In this document: positions 1 to 9,124 of the stretch, piece by piece
Layout: each line of letters starts with the position of its first letter
Position numbering within the stretch: position 1 is the stretch's first letter
Sequence record: MT446423.1
DNA: 64,000 nucleotides
DNA from: Escherichia virus TH58
Reading direction: 5' to 3' (one strand)
The notes under the pieces: generated by a model
What the model was told of the DNA's origin: nothing
The model's database searches: none
What the model saw: the letters and a program-made list of their open reading frames with translations, nothing else
Made by a program: the position numbers and the translations under genes

Positions 1-145
1 AGGTGTGTTCGACGATGAGAAAATTACTGAGCTTCTGGTTAAGCTTGGTCGTGAATCACAAGTCGGATTGACTATGCCTCAAGTGTTTGCTCCTGATGGA
101 ACTTCGATCGGTGGCTTTGACCAACTACGAGAATATTTTAAATGA
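1..145 (+). CDS. nrdC: NrdC thioredoxin/glutaredoxin, C-terminal fragment (gene begins upstream of window)
   Basis: Frame open from window edge to TGA 143-145; translation ..GLTMPQVFAPDG..GGFDQLREYFK resembles T4 NrdC C-terminus; position upstream of gene 49 as in T4. Confidence 0.7.
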   Translation, partial: GVFDDEKITELLVKLGRESQVGLTMPQVFAPDGTSIGGFDQLREYFK

Positions 146-489
146 CATATTCATTAAATCTTAAAGATTTCCAAGATGTATACGAAGTTTGTGCCAATGA
201 ACTTGGTCCTGATGCTCCAACTATTATTGAAGTTTTAAATGTGCTCCCTTCATCATTAGCTTACGAAGCCAAATCATGGGGTTGGAACGACACTGTCGTT
301 CGTGATGACCTTTACGTCCTGATGAACGATATGATGGTTAAAAAGCCTGAAACAATGGTTACTATTACTGTTGAAGAATATAATCGCCTGCAAGCCATTG
401 AAGAGCTTCTGTGGAACATTGAATGTGACCTGCCGTCAGGGCTAGAATCCTGGATTGATTATGAAGAGCTCAATAAACTCCGGGGCTAA
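142..489 (+). CDS. hypothetical protein (115 aa)
   Basis: Track ORF; ATG overlaps nrdC stop (ATGA); no recognisable motif. Confidence 0.5.
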   Translation: MTYSLNLKDFQDVYEVCANELGPDAPTIIEVLNVLPSSLAYEAKSWGWNDTVVRDDLYVLMNDMMVKKPETMVTITVEEYNRLQAIEELLWNIECDLPSGLESWIDYEELNKLRG

Positions 490-590
490 ACCGTGGTATT
501 CGGCTCGATGGGAGACAGTCGAGCCAGACGTCGAAACAGTTTACAATGACGAAGAAACGTGTTATGATGAACCTTCAATAAATGAATTAA

Positions 591-788
591 TTGATATGGA
601 AATGGGAAGAGATTATTATGCAAGTTAAATTATTGTACCGTTTATTAAAAAATGGCAAGCATGATTGGTATTTGCTTATTAAAACCGATCCGAATTTTTT
701 CTCTGGACAACCATTTACAGTTCGTCCTACTAAACGTCAGCTTCGCAAAGCTAAACGTTCTCATCGTAACTTTTATAGAGAATATTGA
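591..788 (+). CDS. small basic hypothetical protein (true start may be ATG 618)
   Basis: Track ORF; C-terminal basic tail FTVRPTKRQLRKAKR, shared with ORF 30409-30621. Confidence 0.3.
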   Translation: MIWKWEEIIMQVKLLYRLLKNGKHDWYLLIKTDPNFFSGQPFTVRPTKRQLRKAKRSHRNFYREY

Positions 789-789
789 T

Positions 790-1215
790 ATGAATATTTC
801 TGAAACTCGCGGTAAATGGTTCAAGATTGTTAAAGAAGACGAAGAACTCCAATATAAGTTTCCTGAATTAAAGAAAGATACGATCATCAAGGTAATTGGT
901 ACTACTGCCGAAGATGGTTATGGCGACCATGGAATTATCGAAGTGATGTTGAACACAGGTGAGAAACTTTGCATCTATGACCGTGATACTTCTCTTTGGT
1001 GCTTCTGGGAATCCCATTCAATAGATGAACTCGAAGAAATTGATTCGGCTGATATTGCTGGTGTGCTAGGTAGTAAACTTGGCGAATTCGAAGGTGAACG
1101 TATTTCTTATGCATTAGCTAAATTAGCCGGACAAGAAAATAACGACGGCTATGAAGGTAATCTGATGCAAGCCGCAGCGGAATACATTGAATATTTAGAA
1201 AGACGTTTAAGTTAA
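790..1215 (+). CDS. hypothetical protein (141 aa)
   Basis: Start refined to internal ATG (MNISETRGKWF) of track ORF 652-1215; upstream part of track ORF looks non-coding. Confidence 0.5.
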   Translation: MNISETRGKWFKIVKEDEELQYKFPELKKDTIIKVIGTTAEDGYGDHGIIEVMLNTGEKLCIYDRDTSLWCFWESHSIDELEEIDSADIAGVLGSKLGEFEGERISYALAKLAGQENNDGYEGNLMQAAAEYIEYLERRLS

Positions 1216-1250
1216 TAAATACCCTTATCTATTTAAGGTAAGGGTTTATC

Positions 1251-1724
1251 ATGTTATTATCAGGCGCAAAATATAAAGAAGAAAAACAAAAATTTTATGA
1301 TGCACAGAATGGTAAGTGTCCTATTTGCCACCGTGAATTAGACCCTGATGTTCAAGGTAACCATCTTGACCACGACCACGAATTAAACGGGCCAAAAGCA
1401 GGTAGAGTTCGTGGGTTACTCTGTAATCTGTGCAACGCAGCAGAAGGTCAAATGAAGCATAAGTTCAACCGTTCCGGTCTTAAAGGACGTGATGTTGACT
1501 ACCTCGAATGGCTTGAAGCTCTTCTTGCTTATTTGAAACAAGATTATTCTGATAATAATATCCATCCTAATTTTGTTCCAGACAAAACTAAAGAGTTCTC
1601 AAGACTAGGTAAAGAGGAAATGATGGCTGAGATGCTTCAAAGAGGATTTGAATATAATGAATCTGATACCAAAACACAATTAATAGCTTCATTCAAAAAG
1701 CAGCTTAGAAAGAGTTTAAAATGA
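1251..1724 (+). CDS. 49: endonuclease VII (Holliday-junction resolvase), gene 49
   Basis: 157 aa; CPICHRE..HLDHDH..CNLCN zinc/His motifs; matches T4 endo VII as remembered; adjacent to nrdD as in T4. Confidence 0.88.
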   Translation: MLLSGAKYKEEKQKFYDAQNGKCPICHRELDPDVQGNHLDHDHELNGPKAGRVRGLLCNLCNAAEGQMKHKFNRSGLKGRDVDYLEWLEALLAYLKQDYSDNNIHPNFVPDKTKEFSRLGKEEMMAEMLQRGFEYNESDTKTQLIASFKKQLRKSLK

Positions 1725-2258
1725 AAATTGAAAAAGAAATTGAAGGATTAATTCATAAAACTAATAAAGATCTTTTGAACGAGAATGCTAATAAAGATTC
1801 TCGTGTTTTTCCAACTCAACGGGACCTTATGGCTGGTATTGTGTCTAAGCACATTGCTAGAAATATGGTCCCGTCTTTTATTATGAAAGCACATGAAAGC
1901 GGAATTATCCATTTCCATGATATTGATTATTCCCCTGCTCTTCCGTTTACTAATTGCTGTTTAGTAGATTTAAAAGGAATGCTTGAGAATGGATTTAAAT
2001 TAGGCAATGCTCAAATTGAAACGCCTAAATCTATTGGCGTTGCTACTGCAATTATGGCACAAATTACTGCACAAGTTGCTTCACATCAGTACGGCGGAAC
2101 GACTTTTGCTAATGTAGATAAAGTACTTTCTCCTTATGTTAAACGCACCTATGCAAAACATATTGAGGATGCAGAAAAATGGCAAATCGCTGATGCGTTG
2201 AATTATGCCCAATCTAAAACAGAAAAAGACGTATACGATGCATTCCAAGCTTATGAGT
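1721..2258 (+). CDS. nrdD: anaerobic ribonucleotide reductase NrdD, exon 1
   Basis: N-terminal NrdD sequence; reading frame hits TAA 2264-2266 just inside a group I intron; 5' splice site placed after U2258 by P1 pairing (exon AUGAGU with intron GCUCAU at about 2272-2277). Confidence 0.85.
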
Positions 2259-2469
2259 TAATTTAATTCAGGCTCATGTAAAACCGGTCTAAACGGGGAA
2301 CCTCTCTAGTAGACAATCCCGTGCTAAATGTTCTTTTGAACTAAATGCCTAACGACTAACCGTGATGAATGTAGCGGTGTAGAATAGAAGCTAATGCTAT
2401 TCGAAACGGCCGGCATCGAAAGATGAAGATATAGTCTAATCTGCATGGCGACATGCAGCAGTCATCTTG

Positions 2470-2477
2470 TATAAATA
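2470..2477 (+). promoter_or_regulatory. T4 late-promoter motif TATAAATA upstream of intron ORF
   Basis: Exact TATAAATA about 30 nt upstream of ATG 2507, followed by GAGGTG Shine-Dalgarno. Confidence 0.4.
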
Positions 2478-2506
2478 AGATTATCTTATGAATACGAGGT
2501 GAAACA

Positions 2507-3277
2507 ATGAAATGGATAAAAAGACGTTGTACTAAAATAAAAGATAAAGACGCATTTACATACTTAGTTAAGTTTTCTAATGGCGACATTTATATCGGTT
2601 ATAAAAAATTTAGAACAATTAAAAACAAGCCCACAAACTGGAAAACTTACACAACGTCATCTAAGTATATAAATGAACGCTTAAAAACTGATACACCTAC
2701 TAAATGGATAATTTTAAAAACATTTGATAGTTATAAAGACGCATTAAAACATGAAGAAGAGGTCATACGTAAATATTTTTATAACAAAAAATGTTTAAAT
2801 AAATCCATAGGCGGTAAAAAGTTTTATAAGCATCCGGATACTGAAGAACATATTCAAAAATTAAGAGATGCTCATAAGGGTAAAGTGTTATCCGAATCTC
2901 ATAAAAACAATATAAAATCTTCTGTAGCTGAATATTATGCTAAAAACGGAAGATCTAAGGAACATGTGCAAAATAATATCAATAGTCGAAAAAGTAAAAA
3001 ACAAGTATCGATAAAGCTTAAAAATAAAACTTTTAGAAGTTTTAAAAAAGCGGCGGAATATTTAAATTGCACTGAAAGTGAAGTCGAAACTCATCCTCTT
3101 GTTTTGAGTATTAAGACTACTATTCATAAAGTTCCTGAATATGTGGTTGTTGACGGTATTAAGTATACGTCTTATATAGAAGCAGCTAAAGCGCTAAATT
3201 TTCATCCTAGCACTATAAAAGAACGTTGCATATCTATGGACTATCCAAATTTTGTTGTTTCATATAAACGGGCATGA
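2507..3277 (+). CDS. intron-encoded GIY-YIG homing endonuclease (I-TevII-like)
   Basis: 256 aa within nrdD intron; N-terminal GIY-YIG-like segment (..DIYIGYKK..), repeated NUMOD3-like basic repeats, C-terminal helix-turn-helix (VVDGIKYTSYIEAAKALN). Confidence 0.8.
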   Translation: MKWIKRRCTKIKDKDAFTYLVKFSNGDIYIGYKKFRTIKNKPTNWKTYTTSSKYINERLKTDTPTKWIILKTFDSYKDALKHEEEVIRKYFYNKKCLNKSIGGKKFYKHPDTEEHIQKLRDAHKGKVLSESHKNNIKSSVAEYYAKNGRSKEHVQNNINSRKSKKQVSIKLKNKTFRSFKKAAEYLNCTESEVETHPLVLSIKTTIHKVPEYVVVDGIKYTSYIEAAKALNFHPSTIKERCISMDYPNFVVSYKRA

Positions 3278-3291
3278 ATTTGCGACTCATG

Positions 3292-4583
3292 CTGAATATA
3301 ATGATGAAGTAAATACACTTTTCAGCTCTAATGGACAAACGCCTTTTGTAACAATTACATTTGGAACAGGAACTGACTGGACTGAACGAATGATTCAAAA
3401 AGCAATTCTGAAAAATCGTATTAAAGGTCTTGGACGTGACGGGATAACTCCTATTTTCCCTAAACTTGTTATGTTCGTTGAAGAAGGTGTTAATCTTTAT
3501 AAAGACGACCCGAACTACGATATTAAGCAGCTTGCTCTAGAGTGTGCAAGCAAAAGAATGTATCCTGATATTATTTCGGTTAAGAATAATAAAACTATCA
3601 CCGGTTCTTCAGTTCCTGTTTCTCCAATGGGCTGCCGTAGTTTCTTGAGCGTATGGAAAGATTCGACTGGTAATGAAATTCTTGATGGACGTAATAATCT
3701 TGGCGTTGTAACACTGAATCTTCCTCGTATTGCATTAGATTCTTATATTGGAACACAATTCAATGAACAGAAATTTGTTGAGTTATTTAATGAACGAATG
3801 GATCTGTGTTTTGAAGCCTTGATGTGTAGAATTAGTTCCTTAAAAGGAGTTAAAGCGACTGTTGCTCCTATTCTTTATCAAGAAGGTGCATTTGGGGTTC
3901 GTCTTAAACCTGATGATGACATAATTGAGTTATTTAAAAACGGTAGAAGTTCGGTGTCTTTAGGATACATTGGTATTCATGAATTGAATATTCTTGTCGG
4001 ACGTGATATTGGGCAAGAAATTTTAACTAAAATGAATGCTCGTCTTAAGCAGTGGACTGAAAGAACTGGTTTTGCTTTTAGCTTGTATTCTACTCCCGCT
4101 GAAAACCTTTGTTATCGCTTCTGTAAACTTGATACCGAGAAATATGGAAGTGTAAAAGATGTTACTGATAAAGGCTGGTACACTAATAGTTTCCATGTTT
4201 CAGTAGAAGAAAATATCACTCCGTTTGAAAAGATTTCTCGCGAAGCACCATATCATTTCATTGCGACCGGCGGACACATTTCTTATGTTGAACTTCCTGA
4301 TATGAAAAATAACTTAAAAGGACTTGAGGCTGTATGGGATTATGCCGCACAACATTTAGATTATTTTGGTGTTAATATGCCAGTAGATAAATGTTTTACA
4401 TGTGGAAGTACCCATGAAATGACTCCTACCGAAAACGGATTTGTTTGTTCTATTTGTGGAGAAACTGATCCTAAAAAGATGAACACAATAAGAAGAACAT
4501 GCGGTTATCTCGGAACTCCTAGCGTTGTTCCGTGGAATTTAGGTAAAATGAAAGAAATGGTAAAACGAGTAAAACATGCATAG
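3292..4583 (+). CDS. nrdD: anaerobic ribonucleotide reductase NrdD, exon 2
   Basis: Continues NrdD; zinc site CFTCGS..CSICG and C-terminal glycyl-radical motif RRTCGYLG; spliced protein about 609 aa. Confidence 0.85.
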
Positions 4584-5406
4584 GTATTATATAATTTATA
4601 AAATAACAAATATAATTAATTCAAAGGAATATATCGGTGCGCATAGCACCGATAACATAAATGACGGTTATATGGGGTCAGGAACATTGATTCGTGCCGC
4701 TTTATTAAAATATGGTAGAAAAAATTTTAATAAAGAAATTTTACATGTTTTTGATAATGAAAAACAAATGTATGATAAAGAAGCTGAACTTGTAACCGAA
4801 GAGTATTGTCTAAAAGAAAATACATATAATATTAAACCTGGTGGAAAAGGTGGAACTGCCTATGAACAGACACTTGAACATCGCCGCAAAAATAGTTTAG
4901 CAAATAAAGGTAAAAAGAGAACAGAAGAAACTAAAATAGCTATTTCACGTGCTTTAAAGAAATATAAACGTACGCCAGAGCATCAAGCAAATTTAAATAA
5001 AGCCGTAAGCATAGCTATGAAGCGAAAAGATGTTAGAAGTAAATTAGCTGGAGAGCGGTCTGAGAAAGATAAATTATCTATATCAAACGGTGTTAAAAAA
5101 TATTACAATTCTTTGAGTGAAGAAGAACGCGAACTTCATCGCAAGCGAATTATTGAAGGTAAAAAGAATTCTCCCATGTCATTGGAATCTAGACAAAAGC
5201 TTTCAAAAGCTTTAAAAGGACTTCAAGTTGGTTCAAAAAATCCAATGTATGGAAAAATTTCTCCGACTAGCAAAACCGTTTCAGTTGACGGTATTAAATA
5301 TGATTCAATTAAAAAGTGCTCAAATGCCATAAAAGTTTCTAGACATCTTATACTAAAACGCTGTAATTCTACTGATGAAGCTTGGAAAAATTGGGTATTA
5401 TTATGA
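4576..5406 (+). CDS. free-standing GIY-YIG homing endonuclease (Seg-like)
   Basis: 276 aa; classic YYIIYKITNIINSKEYIGAHST..GYMGSG GIY-YIG motif, NUMOD3 repeats, C-terminal HTH; inserted between nrdD and nrdG with overlapping start/stop. Confidence 0.8.
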   Translation: MHRYYIIYKITNIINSKEYIGAHSTDNINDGYMGSGTLIRAALLKYGRKNFNKEILHVFDNEKQMYDKEAELVTEEYCLKENTYNIKPGGKGGTAYEQTLEHRRKNSLANKGKKRTEETKIAISRALKKYKRTPEHQANLNKAVSIAMKRKDVRSKLAGERSEKDKLSISNGVKKYYNSLSEEERELHRKRIIEGKKNSPMSLESRQKLSKALKGLQVGSKNPMYGKISPTSKTVSVDGIKYDSIKKCSNAIKVSRHLILKRCNSTDEAWKNWVLL

Positions 5407-5873
5407 ATTATGATAGATTTTATCCTTGCGATTTTGTGAATGGTCCTGGTTGCAGGGTTGTTCTTTTCGTTACAGGGTGTTTGCATAAATGCGAAGGGTG
5501 TTATAATAAATCAACATGGAATGCTAGAAATGGTATTCCATTCACTGGTGAAACACTAGAGCAATTAATTGAATGTTTGAATAATGATTATATAGAAGGA
5601 TTAACTATAACTGGAGGAGACCCTCTCTATCCTGATAACCGAGATGTTGTTCATTGCATCGTTCAAACAGTAAAAAATCTTTGTCCCAATAAAAGCATTT
5701 GGTTATGGACAGGATATAAGTTTGAAGATATTAAACAACTAGAAATGCTTAAATATGTTGATGTTATTATTGATGGGAAGTATGAGAAAAATCTTCCGAC
5801 CAAAAAACTGTGGCGAGGATCAGATAATCAGCGACTTTGGTCAAATACCGATGGGGTGTGGAAACATGATTAA
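5403..5873 (+). CDS. nrdG: anaerobic RNR activating enzyme NrdG (radical SAM)
   Basis: Start refined to MNYDRFYPCDF; CLHKCEGC radical-SAM cluster motif; matches T4 NrdG. Confidence 0.9.
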   Translation: MNYDRFYPCDFVNGPGCRVVLFVTGCLHKCEGCYNKSTWNARNGIPFTGETLEQLIECLNNDYIEGLTITGGDPLYPDNRDVVHCIVQTVKNLCPNKSIWLWTGYKFEDIKQLEMLKYVDVIIDGKYEKNLPTKKLWRGSDNQRLWSNTDGVWKHD

Positions 5874-5987
5874 ATTGAATTATATTATGGATACTATAAA
5901 TGATATGATTTTTCATTTTGGTCCAGAATTTTATTCGCAGTATAGTTTGGTGTTTATCAATGTTTGGTTAATCAATTAAGGGTAAAT

Positions 5988-6203
5988 ATGTATAAATTTC
6001 GTAAAGGTTTAGCTGATTTTCTTACAACTGTAACGTTCTTTTTGTTTATGGCAGTTGGAGCTATTTTTCTTATTCCTTTTACTGTTGTATTTTTCGTGAT
6101 TAGTTTAATTTCTCCTGAAAAGGGTTTATCCTCCAGCGAATTCAATGAACGTTTGGACAAAATTACTAATAAACTGAATTCTGTTCTTGATAAAAAGGCT
6201 TAA
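5988..6203 (+). CDS. small membrane protein (71 aa)
   Basis: Internal ATG of track ORF 5964-6203 with AAGGG SD; one long hydrophobic segment. Confidence 0.4.
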   Translation: MYKFRKGLADFLTTVTFFLFMAVGAIFLIPFTVVFFVISLISPEKGLSSSEFNERLDKITNKLNSVLDKKA

Positions 6204-6205
6204 TT

Positions 6206-6517
6206 ATGATTAGATTTGAAGAATATGTTGTAACAAAATGGAATGAATGGGACAAGTTCGGTGATGAATGGTATTTCCATGATTGTGACCTGAACCCAGA
6301 GTTCTTTGTCGGTAAAGAAGACGACCTTAAAGACATCTATGCGTTGTCTGAGATTCATGGTATTAAGCCTACGGTTTATTTCAGCTTCGACGATACCGGA
6401 TTCCTTATCCAGGTTTATGTTCCTTATGAAACCGTTGATGAAGAAGCTGTTTGCGAAGAAGTTCTAAAAACCTGGAACTATCAAGGGGTAATTTCCTGTG
6501 GGTCAAAACTTAATTGA
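6206..6517 (+). CDS. hypothetical protein (103 aa)
   Basis: Track ORF, acidic protein. Confidence 0.5.
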   Translation: MIRFEEYVVTKWNEWDKFGDEWYFHDCDLNPEFFVGKEDDLKDIYALSEIHGIKPTVYFSFDDTGFLIQVYVPYETVDEEAVCEEVLKTWNYQGVISCGSKLN

Positions 6518-6806
6518 AATTTATGGCATCCCTGAAGAAGTAGGACGTTGTCCAGGATGTTATACTGTTACAAAACTTTTAAAGGAGCTCAATGCTCCTT
6601 ATACATTTTATAAAGTCCTCACTAATAATGGTAAGATTGAATATGACCGTCCTTTAATCGTATCTCTTGCTAAACGTGCAGGATTCACTTCACTTAATAT
6701 TCGTTATCCTGTCATATTTTTAAATGGTAAGAAACAAAAGAATATTGCAGAGTTTAAAAAGTCCTTGATTTCATTAGGATACGACTCTGATATCATAGAA
6801 GATTGA
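6498..6806 (+). CDS. nrdH: glutaredoxin-like protein (NrdH-like), apparent GTG start
   Basis: CPGC redox motif near N-terminus; no in-frame ATG before the motif so GTG 6498 is the likely initiator; position near nrd genes. Confidence 0.55.
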   Translation: MGQNLIEIYGIPEEVGRCPGCYTVTKLLKELNAPYTFYKVLTNNGKIEYDRPLIVSLAKRAGFTSLNIRYPVIFLNGKKQKNIAEFKKSLISLGYDSDIIED

Positions 6807-6830
6807 CCAGGTGCCGCCTGGTCTTCTTTA
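6807..6830 (+). terminator. putative rho-independent terminator
   Basis: Hairpin CCAGG-tgccg-CCTGG followed by TCTTCTTTA. Confidence 0.45.
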
Positions 6831-6971
6831 TCCCATTTCTAATATAATCCATTGGAATCTTCATTTCACTATCTCCTTGTGCCCCTCTCAAATCAAAAAT
6901 ATTTTCATAAAACAGTTTACATCCTCAATAGATGTGTTAAGATTAAACCATCTACTATAGAGGAAAACAAA

Positions 6972-7154
6972 ATGACAATTGAAGATAAAGAAATTAAGGT
7001 CGACCAGTACTATTCTGTCAACGGTAATGCAGTACAGATAACCAGAGTTTCAAGCCTGGATGTTTGGTACCGTTCGATCAAACATCCAGAAATTGGTGAA
7101 ATGCTTTGTGACCGTAGTATCTTCTGTTCAATTGCGAAGGAAATTAAGCCATGA
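6972..7154 (+). CDS. hypothetical protein (60 aa)
   Basis: Internal ATG (MTIEDKEIKV) of track ORF 6852-7154 preceded by AGGAAA. Confidence 0.35.
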   Translation: MTIEDKEIKVDQYYSVNGNAVQITRVSSLDVWYRSIKHPEIGEMLCDRSIFCSIAKEIKP

Positions 7155-7399
7155 CTAGTTTAGATTCAAAGAAAGTTGTTCTAACTCTTAATGTAAACAA
7201 CGAACGTCTGATATTCATTACCATTTCCGATTTGAACGTTGAAATTGCTAATGGCGTCCGTACTTATCAAACGTCTAAAACACAATGGGACTATATCCCA
7301 ATGTTGACGCTTACTCAGCGTTTAGAATCAATCGGTCTTAAAGACCTTTCAGTAAGTGAAGTGAATTTTATCAAACGCATTGTATCAATCAACCTCTGA
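7151..7399 (+). CDS. hypothetical protein (82 aa)
   Basis: Track ORF, start overlaps upstream stop. Confidence 0.45.
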   Translation: MTSLDSKKVVLTLNVNNERLIFITISDLNVEIANGVRTYQTSKTQWDYIPMLTLTQRLESIGLKDLSVSEVNFIKRIVSINL

Positions 7400-7406
7400 G
7401 GTACTT

Positions 7407-7700
7407 ATGGGTAAAACGTATCGTCGTAAAGATTTGAAAGTTCGTGATTACGACTATTTTGGTAAACGTAAAGCTCCTGACGGTGTTAGCCACAAAGACA
7501 TGGTTGAAAATATTTTCCGCTCAGATAAATGGAAACGTATGAAAGGTGTTGATTCTGAAGTCAAGAACGAAATGAATCGACAACTTCGCAAAGAAGTTCG
7601 TAAGTTGAAAAAAGATGTTTACAGTAAAGAAGAGTATGATTATAATACTTCTCATACTGAAGCCAAACGTAAAGCTAACGAATGTTATCGTTACAGTTGA
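7407..7700 (+). CDS. hypothetical basic protein (97 aa)
   Basis: Internal ATG (MGKTYRRKD) of track ORF 7380-7700 preceded by GAGG. Confidence 0.45.
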   Translation: MGKTYRRKDLKVRDYDYFGKRKAPDGVSHKDMVENIFRSDKWKRMKGVDSEVKNEMNRQLRKEVRKLKKDVYSKEEYDYNTSHTEAKRKANECYRYS

Positions 7701-7707
7701 GGAAATT

Positions 7708-7842
7708 ATGAATATCAAACGAATGCTTTTTAAGCAGGGATTATATACTTTAAATGTTAATCCAAAGGGTGATACAACTAAATGGTCTGTAAATGACTGG
7801 ATTAAGTTCATCGATGAAAATGGGGCGTGGAACACAAAATGA
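7708..7842 (+). CDS. small hypothetical protein (44 aa)
   Basis: Internal ATG of track ORF 7615-7842 preceded by GAGGAAA. Confidence 0.3.
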   Translation: MNIKRMLFKQGLYTLNVNPKGDTTKWSVNDWIKFIDENGAWNTK

Positions 7843-8039
7843 ATCCTGAAAATATTGTGTCATGGCAACTTCGTGAAGAACGTGCCGAATTCTTTGCCAA
7901 TATGAAACTCAACGGCGTTGAGGACGAAGACTTCTTACGCTGGTTCTGGATTTACAAATACAAAGAATGCCAGCACGCTGTACTACTGACTTGTGCAGTT
8001 ATGTATGAAGGCTGGAAAGGCGCTAAAAAGTTCGGTTAA
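7839..8039 (+). CDS. hypothetical protein (66 aa)
   Basis: ATG overlapping upstream stop (ATGA); Trp-rich small protein. Confidence 0.4.
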   Translation: MNPENIVSWQLREERAEFFANMKLNGVEDEDFLRWFWIYKYKECQHAVLLTCAVMYEGWKGAKKFG

Positions 8040-8050
8040 TAATGTACAAC

Positions 8051-8080
8051 GATAGGAAGATAATAACATGTCTTCCTATC
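8051..8080 (+). other. perfect 10-bp inverted repeat (stem-loop) between genes
   Basis: GATAGGAAGA ..10 nt.. TCTTCCTATC immediately upstream of the RBS of gene 8103; weak T tract. Confidence 0.4.
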
Positions 8081-8102
8081 GTCTTAAAATGAGGAAAATA
8101 TC

Positions 8103-8342
8103 ATGACCCAAGAATTAGATTTTATCAAATTCAAAAAACACCTCGACGTTAAAATTGGGGATTCAAATGTTAGGATTGAGTATGACATTTTAACAGATGC
8201 TATTACTGTTAGTTGTGATGGAAATAGTTTCAGCTTCGATACAACCGAAAACAAATACCCAATCTATAAAGGCATCTTTGATATGGGTGTTGATATTACT
8301 CCACGTGATACAAATTACTTACTTTTCATGCTTAAAAAATAG
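8103..8342 (+). CDS. hypothetical protein (79 aa)
   Basis: Track ORF with AGGAAAATATC ATG. Confidence 0.45.
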   Translation: MTQELDFIKFKKHLDVKIGDSNVRIEYDILTDAITVSCDGNSFSFDTTENKYPIYKGIFDMGVDITPRDTNYLLFMLKK

Positions 8343-8372
8343 TATAACAAACTCTTGAGAGCAGAGTATAAT
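8343..8372 (+). promoter_or_regulatory. early-type promoter (weak -35, -10 TATAAT)
   Basis: aaactcttgagagcagag TATAAT; near-identical copy at 52575-52604. Confidence 0.4.
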
Positions 8373-8411
8373 TCTCTCTCATTGGATAATAAAATAACCG
8401 AGGAAAATAAT

Positions 8412-8744
8412 ATGTCTACTAAAATCAAAAACGTAGTTAATTCTTTCGCTTTCGATAAAGTTGTTGCTCTTCTGGAATCCGGCAATATTGTTACTCCTCA
8501 AGTTCTTGACGCGTGGGAATTCCGTCTTTATGAAAACATGCAAAAACACGATCAGAAAATTGGACGTAATTCTATTCGTGAAATTCTAGTACAATATATT
8601 CTTTCTGAATTTGACGTTGCTGCATTTGGTGTTGAATCTAAAGCTTATCAGAAACATGAAATCTCTGAAAAGACTATCCGTCGTATGAAAAATCAACGTA
8701 AGAAAAAATTCGTTGACCTGAAAATTGTTAAGGCGGTAAAATGA
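8412..8744 (+). CDS. hypothetical protein (110 aa)
   Basis: Internal ATG (MSTKIKNV) of track ORF 8355-8744 preceded by AGGAAAA. Confidence 0.5.
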   Translation: MSTKIKNVVNSFAFDKVVALLESGNIVTPQVLDAWEFRLYENMQKHDQKIGRNSIREILVQYILSEFDVAAFGVESKAYQKHEISEKTIRRMKNQRKKKFVDLKIVKAVK

Positions 8745-8968
8745 GCGTATTAACAGAAGCTTTGATTAATGACCTGCGTCTAGCTGGTTACGAAGTTGGT
8801 ACAAATAGCCTAGGTCTTCCTCAGATTGAAGGTCCTGGATTTATCCTAGAATATGAATTCAAACAATGGTGGTTATATGCTACGGTTGACGATGCGTTGA
8901 ATATTGATTTCGTTGACCAATTTGATTCGCTGGATGCTGCTCTTGAAGCAGCAAAGGAACTAGAATGA
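8741..8968 (+). CDS. hypothetical acidic protein (75 aa)
   Basis: Track ORF, ATGA overlap with upstream gene. Confidence 0.5.
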   Translation: MSVLTEALINDLRLAGYEVGTNSLGLPQIEGPGFILEYEFKQWWLYATVDDALNIDFVDQFDSLDAALEAAKELE

Positions 8969-9124
8969 AACCATCTCGAATCACTATAACCGAATAAAAG
9001 TTTAGGTGAATTTTAAGTCGTCAACTTTATGAAAGTTACGTATCTTTGATAGTATCTCGTGCTTTAAGATAGGTCTCTAAATATTATGATATAATAGACC
9101 TATGAATTGAGCTAAGAGGTACTT

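Larger units (their letters stand above)
2259..3291. mobile_element. group I self-splicing intron in nrdD (1033 nt) carrying a homing-endonuclease ORF
   Basis: Interrupts NrdD frame; conserved T4-type core CTAAACGGGGAACCTCTCTAGTAGACAATCCCGTGCTAAAT at about 2290-2330; P1/P10 guide pairings; terminal G3291; exon junction restores frame (..AYE-S-EYNDEVNTL..). Confidence 0.75.
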
